DNA of 64,000 nucleotides from an uncultured delta proteobacterium (GTDB lineage Bacteria; Desulfobacterota; Syntrophia; Syntrophales; UBA2185): NCBI GenBank assembly GCA_963695875.1, contig CAVOID010000003.1, positions 352,001 to 416,000 of the forward strand, read 5' to 3'. Shown piece by piece: positions 56,636 to 64,000 of this stretch (position 1 is its first letter; each line of letters starts with the position of its first letter). The notes under the pieces were generated by a model. It saw only the letters and a program-made list of their open reading frames with translations, ran no database searches and was not told where the DNA came from. The position numbers and the translations under genes were made by a program.

Positions 56636-57289
56636 ATGCATTCTTTGTCATTCCTTGAAAACCACTATATTCCCGCACATGTAATGTATACCTGGTTTGT
56701 CATGGCGCTACTGGCCGTTTCTTCTTTTCTTGCAACACGCCGGCTGGATATCTATCCGACCAGGTTTCAGAATGTTATGGAAGTTGTTATGAGTGGTTTC
56801 GATTCCTTGATTAACGATACCATGGGTCACGAAGGAAGAAAATTTTTCCCGCTGATTGCAACCATAGGACTCTTTATCCTTGTATCCAATCTTCTGGGGC
56901 TTGTCCCTGGTTTTGAAGCCCCCACGGCTAATCTCAACACAAATGCCTCGATGGCGATCGTGGTTTTTTGCATGACTCACGTTATGGGAGTTAAGGTTCA
57001 TGGATTCAAGTACATTAAGCAATTTTTGGGACCGGTGTGGTGGTTAATGCCCCTTATGTTTCTCATTGAAATGGTGAGTCACTTAGTCCGTCCCTTATCA
57101 CTTACCGTGCGATTATTCGGAAACATCGAGGGTGGGCACATCGTTGTAGCTGTGTTATTTTTGTTGGCTCCTTTCCTTATCCCGTTGCCGATTCTCTTTC
57201 TGAAGATTTTCATATCAGTTATCCAGACCCTCGTCTTTATGTTACTGTCCATGATGTATATTGCCGGCGCTATGGAAGAGGCACACTAA
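56636..57289 (+). CDS. atpB: ATP synthase F0 subunit a
   Basis: [37 protein letters not shown]. Confidence 0.96.
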   Translation: MHSLSFLENHYIPAHVMYTWFVMALLAVSSFLATRRLDIYPTRFQNVMEVVMSGFDSLINDTMGHEGRKFFPLIATIGLFILVSNLLGLVPGFEAPTANLNTNASMAIVVFCMTHVMGVKVHGFKYIKQFLGPVWWLMPLMFLIEMVSHLVRPLSLTVRLFGNIEGGHIVVAVLFLLAPFLIPLPILFLKIFISVIQTLVFMLLSMMYIAGAMEEAH

Positions 57290-57432
57290 TAACTGTCAGC
57301 GCTTGTAACTATACTGAGGAGGGGCCAAGACCCCCGCGGTTTCGTCTCCTCCTCCATATAAGAGGGTGGGGTCTGAAAAATATGATCCCTATTCCCTGAT
57401 CTCTATCCCATGGAAAAGGAGGGAATAGCCCT

Positions 57433-58989
57433 GTGAGTAATAAATCCCGCCAATTTAACCCCATCACGGCCAAAGACATCATCTATTTTGCAATGACCGA
57501 TCGGTTCTGCGCAGCTGGTCCGGTTCATCCGGACGTGAACCAAGACAACCCTCAAGGGTATCATGGTGGAAACTTTGCCGGTCTCATCAGCAAGATTCCT
57601 TATCTGAAGAATCTTGGTGTAACTGCTTTGTGGATCACACCCGTGTATCTCAACCTGCACCCGGCACAACATAACCCGACAAGCAGCAGTTGGGCTTATC
57701 ACGGATATTGGCCGTATGATTTTGCTCAGGTTGATCCGCACCTCTATTATCCCTCCACAATGTATCCGGCCGGCGATAAACGGTACCTCAAAGAAGTTGC
57801 TGATGCGCTACATAAAGAGGAGATTAAGCTTATCCTGGACATGGTAGTCAACCACACAGGTTATGATCACCCTGGCTATTACGAAAATGATATACCTAAT
57901 CCGACACCGATTCGACGTGGCTGGTTTAATCCACCCCAGGAGGGGTGGGGTGAAGCGGACTGGATCTTCGGTTTGCCCGATCTTAATCACAACGATCCCG
58001 ACGTTGTGCGTTACTTTATCAAGGACATCCTGGATTGGGTAGAGCAGGCGGAAATTGATGCCATACGTATGGACACAGTACTTTATGTTGAGCGACACTT
58101 CTGGGATGAATTCAAGGTCACCGTCCACAGCAAATATCCGGACGTGTCCTTGATCGGTGAAGTTCTCGACTACGATGTGGACGATGTTGCAAAATACATG
58201 CGCTATCATGATTTCAGTTCCGTGTTCGATTTTCCACTTCAGGGTGCAACAGTAGCTGTATTCGCAGAAGCCGCAAGCTGCCGGAAACTGGCACGACCAC
58301 AATGGACATGGGCGGAGCCCAACGGTGCGCTGGATTACAGCATAGATTATACCAATCCGGCCCGTCTGGTTACCCTGCTGGACAATCACGATCTGAGTCG
58401 CCGGTTTATGACAGCCTGCCTGGATGGTTGTGGCGGCGACCGCAAGCGGGCTATCCGTCGTTTCAAGATGGGTCTGACATTTTTGGTTACGACACGTGGG
58501 ATTCCGCAAATCTACTATGGTACAGAGATCGGTATGGAAGGACGAAATGAACCATCGGATGCGAATATGCGGCAGGATATGACGTGGGAAGTGTTCGATG
58601 GTGGATTGGAGCCGACATCCGCCTACCCGGAGGCCCAGGGAGTCTTCCGTCATTTGCGTCTGTTGCTGCAACTCCGGCACGGCAACGAGGCGCTTCAATT
58701 CAGTACGCCGGAAACGCTGTTTGTTGATGACTACGTTTATGTTTGTATGCAGGAATTTCGTGGGAATACGATGATCATCGCATTCAACAACGGCCGGGAT
58801 CCGATGCCGTCGCCACTGACTGTACAAATTGACGCCAATCCACGCTTGCCTCAGGAAATTAAGACCTTGTTGCGCGATAAAACACTCATAGAACAGATTG
58901 AGAAGGAACTGGCACCCATTACAATAAAGGATGGCAATTTCCAATTGCAGCTGTCGGGTGAGACCAGCGCGGTATACAAACTGCCTTGA
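57433..58989 (+). CDS. GH13 alpha-amylase-family glycoside hydrolase
   Basis: DMVVNH, catalytic motifs IRMDTV, IGEV and LDNHD, GIPQIYYG. Confidence 0.92.
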   Translation: MSNKSRQFNPITAKDIIYFAMTDRFCAAGPVHPDVNQDNPQGYHGGNFAGLISKIPYLKNLGVTALWITPVYLNLHPAQHNPTSSSWAYHGYWPYDFAQVDPHLYYPSTMYPAGDKRYLKEVADALHKEEIKLILDMVVNHTGYDHPGYYENDIPNPTPIRRGWFNPPQEGWGEADWIFGLPDLNHNDPDVVRYFIKDILDWVEQAEIDAIRMDTVLYVERHFWDEFKVTVHSKYPDVSLIGEVLDYDVDDVAKYMRYHDFSSVFDFPLQGATVAVFAEAASCRKLARPQWTWAEPNGALDYSIDYTNPARLVTLLDNHDLSRRFMTACLDGCGGDRKRAIRRFKMGLTFLVTTRGIPQIYYGTEIGMEGRNEPSDANMRQDMTWEVFDGGLEPTSAYPEAQGVFRHLRLLLQLRHGNEALQFSTPETLFVDDYVYVCMQEFRGNTMIIAFNNGRDPMPSPLTVQIDANPRLPQEIKTLLRDKTLIEQIEKELAPITIKDGNFQLQLSGETSAVYKLP

Positions 58990-59042
58990 CAGCCAACGTC
59001 GTACCTCTGTTCCTAATTATTCTATAAACGCGAATCCTGGAG

Positions 59043-59948
59043 ATGTCTATGAAAAGAAGAACTGTAAGTCTTGGCCTGATTGTTTCCATCTTTTTTTTGG
59101 TCGTCACATTTATTCATGTCACTTATACTTCTTCTTACGCTCAGAAGAACTTTTTGTGGCGCGTTCAATCAAAAAGGAGCACTGTTTATTTGCTGGGCTC
59201 CGTCCATCTTCTGAAAAAAAATGTCTACCCCCTTAGCAGGGCGATAGAAAGTGCTTTTGAGAAATCTGATGCTTTAGCCGTCGAGGCAGATATCAATGAT
59301 ATAAGCCGATTGGATATCCAGAAATTGATGTCAAGTGCCTTCTATTCTGGTGATGATACCCTTGAAAAACATGTATCCAGAGATACTTTTGACGCCGTTA
59401 AGGATCAAACAGAAAGACTTGGGCTGCCCCTTGAGTTTGTCTATAGCCAGAAACCGTGGTTTCTTGGATTAACGCTGGAATCATTAGAGCTTATGAAATC
59501 CGGGTATGACCCTGAATATGGGATAGACAAGTATTTTATTTCAAAAGCAACAGGCAAGAAAAAAATCTTAGAACTTGAGAGCCTTGATTATCAGATTGAT
59601 CTTCTTTCAGGCTTGGACGATACCGAACAGGAACTGTTTTTATTATATACACTGAAGGATTTAAAAATACTTGTGCAGGAAGTCGATAAACTGGTTGAGG
59701 CATGGAAATCGGGAGCCGCGGAGAGCATGGAATCGGCAATAACAAAAAGTTTTACTGAAGATAGAAGCTTCTATCCCATTTATGAAAAGCTGATCTATAA
59801 GAGAAGCAGGAACATGACATTAAAAGTTGAAGGTTTCCTGAGAACAAGCGGGACTTACTTTGTTGTTGTCGGAGCGGCCCATCTCCTGGGAGATAGGGGG
59901 ATTATTCAGTTATTGAAAGAAAAAGGCTTCACTGTAGAACAGTTGTAA
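59043..59948 (+). CDS. TraB/GumN family protein
   Basis: LWRV, YLLGSVH, YGID, FVVVGAAHL; N-terminal signal/TM. Confidence 0.88.
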   Translation: MSMKRRTVSLGLIVSIFFLVVTFIHVTYTSSYAQKNFLWRVQSKRSTVYLLGSVHLLKKNVYPLSRAIESAFEKSDALAVEADINDISRLDIQKLMSSAFYSGDDTLEKHVSRDTFDAVKDQTERLGLPLEFVYSQKPWFLGLTLESLELMKSGYDPEYGIDKYFISKATGKKKILELESLDYQIDLLSGLDDTEQELFLLYTLKDLKILVQEVDKLVEAWKSGAAESMESAITKSFTEDRSFYPIYEKLIYKRSRNMTLKVEGFLRTSGTYFVVVGAAHLLGDRGIIQLLKEKGFTVEQL

Positions 59949-59951
59949 ATT

Positions 59952-60551
59952 TTACTTAGCTATCTTAAAACCATCAGCCAATAGGAGCATGACCCCTTTT
60001 CTCACCATCATGACGGCTATGGCAGCCAGCAGGAGAGCGGCAAGTTTGGATACTGTTCTGGCTCCGGACTTCCCTAAAAGGCGCATGATCGGCACATACA
60101 GCCAGAATGTCAGGCCGGCGATCACGATGTTTACAATCAGGGCCGCGACGGTAGCTAAAGGTCCATACTCGCTGACGAGAATTAATATCGTAGTAAGCAC
60201 AGCGGGACCGACGATCAGAGGTACCCCTAAAGGCACCGCTCCCAGACTCTCGGGATCAATCTGACTCCATCTTCTTTCCATATAGACCAGATCATTCAAG
60301 GAAATGATAAAAAGAAGGGTCCCCCCGGCTATCATGAAATCAGAGACGGTGATACCTAAAAGATCAAGGATGATCTTCCCAACCGCTAAAAAAATCAAAG
60401 CTACAATCGTAGCGGTTACCACGGACTGCACGATAATCCGGTTGATCTTTGGACGATCCAGCCCCTCGGTAAAAGTCATGAACATAGGAAGGACGCCGAT
60501 GACATTTACAGCCATAAATATGGGGAAAAAACAAAACCAGAACTTGTTCAT
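59952..60551 (-). CDS. MarC family membrane protein
   Basis: VPLGVPLIVGP, IAGG; hydrophobic. Confidence 0.88.
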   Translation of the reverse strand: MNKFWFCFFPIFMAVNVIGVLPMFMTFTEGLDRPKINRIIVQSVVTATIVALIFLAVGKIILDLLGITVSDFMIAGGTLLFIISLNDLVYMERRWSQIDPESLGAVPLGVPLIVGPAVLTTILILVSEYGPLATVAALIVNIVIAGLTFWLYVPIMRLLGKSGARTVSKLAALLLAAIAVMMVRKGVMLLLADGFKIAK

Positions 60552-60857
60552 GGAACCACCACCTTGCACTTGAAAGGATTCTATATTGGGTCATATTATA
60601 AGCAATAGTCGGAAATACGACAATAAAAATTATGGACGATATTTATAATTTTTGTGGGGATGCGACAAAGTAGCAAAAAATGTAAACACAAAATGCGATG
60701 CCGATAGATTTTTGCCACTCTTATGTATTTATTAGCCGTTGAGGTGGTCATTTAGTGCTGTTCTATTTCTGGGTGTACTATCTTGAAAATGGAGAAAGTC
60801 TGTTGCTGATTTCCGATGGCGTGATATATATTTCATAAAAATAGACGGAGGTTATGA

Positions 60858-61301
60858 ATGATCGATAAAGCATCTCGGCGAAGTGGAGAACTTTTCAAAT
60901 CAGGTTATCGATGAGCTGAAAGCGTTCTGCTTTCCGTGGCAGAAAGCAAAAATATTCAATCAGAATTAATCCCAAAAATCGCTACCGGCTTCTGTGGCGG
61001 AATTGCGAGGACAGGTGGAATCTGCGGTGCCGTGAGCGGCGCTGTCATGGCAATAAGCATATTTTATGGAAGAAACTTACCAGATGAGTCAGTCGATAAA
61101 AACTACATCCCTGTCCAAAAACTGATGGAGATGTTTGAAAACAAGTTTGGTTCAATAAATTGCAAAGAGTTGACAGGATGCGATCTGAGAACTGAAAAAG
61201 GAAGGAAACAATTTTTTTCAACCAATATGATTGAGCATTGCAAAATTTACACTGAAGAAGCCACGAGAATGGCAATGTTACTTATTGAAGAAAAATCTTA
61301 A
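60858..61301 (+). CDS. C-GCAxxG-C-C family protein, probable selenoprotein (UGA at codon 19)
   Basis: GGAGG RBS and ATG at 60858; LFKSGYR-TGA-AESVL in frame with GGICGAVSG, SINC, EHC; hairpin 3' of the TGA. Confidence 0.82.
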
Positions 61302-61401
61302 AAGAAGTAACAAAAAATATCTGATTCTAATGTCGATTCTTATTATGTCGTGGATAATATTATTATAGAGTGCAAACATCAGACGTGGAGATGTCAAAGA
61401 T

Positions 61402-62109
61402 ATGCGAATCAACTATCTACAGCACGTGCCATTTGAGGGATTAGGAAGCATTGAACAGTGGATACATGCCCGCCAGTATCAGTTGACAGCCACCCGGCTC
61501 TATCGGGATGACCCCATGCCAAAGGTGGACGGCATTGACTGGCTTATTGTTATGGGCGGCCCGATGGGAGTCCATGACGAAGATAAATTTCCCTGGCTGA
61601 TGAGCGAAAAACGAATGATTGAAGGAGCTATCCGGCAGGGCAAGGTTGTGATCGGAATATGCTTGGGAGCACAACTGATTGCGGATGTTCTTGGGGCCAG
61701 GGTGTATCCCAATCGGTTCAAAGAAATCGGCTGGCATCCGATTGAGTTGACAGAAGCTGGGCAACACTCTCCGCTGTTTAGCTTTCTGCCCAGGCGGCTG
61801 AATGTGTTCCACTGGCATGGCGATACGTTTGCCTTACCGGTAGACGCGGTGCATATTGCCCGGAGTGAGGCATGCCAGCATCAGGCATTTGTGTATGACG
61901 AGCGGGTGGTAGGGCTGCAATTCCACATGGAGTCTACTTCGGGGGGTATAGATGCCCTTATTCGGAACTGTTCAGAAGAGTTAGTCGGTGGTCGATATAT
62001 TCAGGCTCCCTCGCAACTGATAGCTACCCCAGAGGCTTTCAGTACTATTAACTGTTTCATGGATGGGTTGCTTACGCGTATTGCGCAAATGGTAAGGCAG
62101 ACAGCTTGA
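61402..62109 (+). CDS. Type 1 glutamine amidotransferase-like protein
   Basis: QHVPFEG, GICLGAQ, WHGDTF, QFHME. Confidence 0.9.
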   Translation: MRINYLQHVPFEGLGSIEQWIHARQYQLTATRLYRDDPMPKVDGIDWLIVMGGPMGVHDEDKFPWLMSEKRMIEGAIRQGKVVIGICLGAQLIADVLGARVYPNRFKEIGWHPIELTEAGQHSPLFSFLPRRLNVFHWHGDTFALPVDAVHIARSEACQHQAFVYDERVVGLQFHMESTSGGIDALIRNCSEELVGGRYIQAPSQLIATPEAFSTINCFMDGLLTRIAQMVRQTA

Positions 62110-62132
62110 TGGAATTCTTTAACTCTCCACCA

Positions 62133-64000
62133 CTACATAAAATTTAGGGGATCCACATCAACTTTAACATCCAAACCGGTTACGGAAGCTCTTAAGAGGA
62201 TGTCCTTAGCCAGATCATGAATTGCGCGTGCGTCTTTACCCTTCAAGAGCAGTTGCCAGCGGTACTTCCCTTTGATTTTAGCTATGGGGGACTCCGCCGG
62301 GCCAATAATTTCCACCTTTCCCTTCAATTTATTGATTGTCAACAGATCTCTGATAATCTGTCTCAGTTTTTCAAGTCCTTCTATACCTTCATTTCTCTTC
62401 AGGCGTGATAGATGAAGGTTCACGATGCGTGCGAATGGCGGATAGGCTAGGGCACTTCTCAGCGCAAGCTCATCTTCGTAAAATCCCAAATAGTCATGCT
62501 CTCTGGCCCTGGTGATGGCATAGTGCCTGGGATTAAAGGTCTGGACAATAACCCTGCCAGGAGATGCGCCTCTGCCACCCCTGCCTGAGACCTGGGTCAG
62601 AAGTTGAAAGGTCCTTTCCGCCGATCGAAAATCGGGTATGTTCAGGGACGTATCGGCTGAAATGACACCTACCAGCGTAACGTCTGGGATAGTCGTGTCC
62701 TTTGGTAATCATCTGCGTACCGACGAGGATATCAATGTCACGCCTATCGAAGGCCCGTAGAATCTTTTCATAGGCCCCCTTCCGGGCTGTTGTGTCACTG
62801 TCCATCCTCCCAATTCTGGCTTGTGGGAAGAACTTCCTGACTTCGTCTTCCAGTTTTTCCGTTCCTACCCCATAGCTCTGTATACGCTTTCCGCTGCATC
62901 CGGGGCATGACGCAGGTGATGCACTGGCAAAGTCACAGTAATGGCATTTAAGGCTGTCTTTCACTTGCGTGATATGTCATGGATACGGCGCAATTCGGGC
63001 ATGTAAATGCATTGCCGCAGTCAAGACAGAACATGAAGGTGTGAAAACCGCGTCTGTTTAAGAAGAGAAGCGTCTGCTGTTTCCTCTCAATGGTATCTTG
63101 AATCGCGTCTTTGAGAGACCGGGATAGAATCACGGGATGAAACCTGGCTATCATCTTCCACTTCCCTTTTCATATCGATGATCTCCACTTCCGGCAATGG
63201 TCTGTCTTCCACTCTCCTGGGCAGGACAAGGTACTTGTATTTTCCTTTCATCGTATTGAAATAGGTCTGTATAGCCGGTGTGGCTGAACCGACGATAACC
63301 GTTGCTGAATGGAGTTTTGCTTTCATAATTGCCAGATCACGGGCGTTATATCTCATCCTGTCATCCTGTTTGTAGGAAGTGTCATGTTCCTCATCCACAA
63401 TGATGAGCCGCAAATTTCTGACTGGTGCAAAGATGGCCGACCGGGCGCCGATGACGACCCTGATTTCACCGCGCTGAATGCGGCGCCACTGATCGTACCT
63501 GGCAGATTTTGATATGCCGCTGTGAAGCACAGCTATTTCCTGGTTTGCAAACCTTTTATTGAAACGAGAAATTAGTTGCGCTGTCAGGGCGATCTCCGGT
63601 ACGAGATAAATTATCCCCCCATTCATCCGGAGAGTTTCTCTAATGGCATTGAGATACACTTCTGTCTTTCCGCTGCCTGTGACGCCATGGAGTAGATAAG
63701 GGGAAAAACTTGCAGATTCTATGCCTGTAGCAATTTCACGGAGGGCTTCTTCCTGATCCTCATTTGGAGTAATTAAAATGTCGCTACCGCCGATATCGGG
63801 GCTCTGGCCATGATGGCGGGAAACCTCTTCTTCGGTCATACAAACGAGATTCTGTTGTTCCAGGCTTCTGATCAAGGGGAGAACGTTCTTGAATTTTTCA
63901 CGGAGGGCAGCGACAGGTGAGGAACCGTGCGAATTGAGAAAGTCAACCAGCAGGTTTTGTTTTTTAGTCAGTTTTGTACCGGCTACGTCCCGGTAATTGA
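62133..64000 (-). CDS. priA: Primosomal protein N' (5' end beyond the window; frameshifted)
   Basis: GVTGSGKTEVY, DEEH, GSATP, LNRRG, Cys-rich region, GTQMITKG, YPPF. Confidence 0.95.

Noticed and set aside
57808..58944. 378-aa antisense ORF
   Set aside because: Shadow of the GH13 gene; no motifs
30876..64000. Frameshifts in rpsP, rimM, trmD, rnhB, thrS, pheT, plsB, priA and others as pseudogenes or programmed frameshifts
   Set aside because: They hit essential genes, are single-base indels and share no slippery motif; sequencing or consensus error is far more likely

Overview
A mostly housekeeping chromosomal segment, inferred from gene content to be a Desulfobacterota/Syntrophales-like deltaproteobacterium. 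Many essential genes (rpsP, rimM, trmD, thrS, pheT, priA) carry single-base indels, most simply explained as long-read consensus errors. In order the window holds: an mglB-mglA polarity locus with a 69-aa repeat protein, a stand-alone Zn-ribbon protein and a DUF3426-like protein; a GAF-PilB/GspE ATPase preceded by a degenerate c-di-GMP-I-like riboswitch and terminator; NDP-sugar genes; hemL/ahbB; arfB plus a DRG-like GTPase; a NusG paralogue; ribD. Next comes a ~6 kb accessory block bounded by a duplicated 5' end of ribD, containing an RlmL-like gene, an inverted-repeat-bounded PIN cassette, stacked MITE/REP elements, an ABC-F gene and a GIY-YIG gene. The rest is pilD, a candidate ~330-nt ncRNA, argS, the ffh-rplS cluster, tRNA-Val, thrS-infC-rpmI-rplT-pheST-ihfA, HPr/EI, plsB, atpZ-atpI-atpB without atpE, a GH13 amylase, a probable C-GCAxxG-C-C selenoprotein, and priA. 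The best hidden signals are the selenoprotein UGA with a SECIS-like hairpin, the riboswitch, the transposase-less PIN cassette, the Mgl-linked repeat protein and the candidate ncRNA. All calls are by eye; no searches were run.
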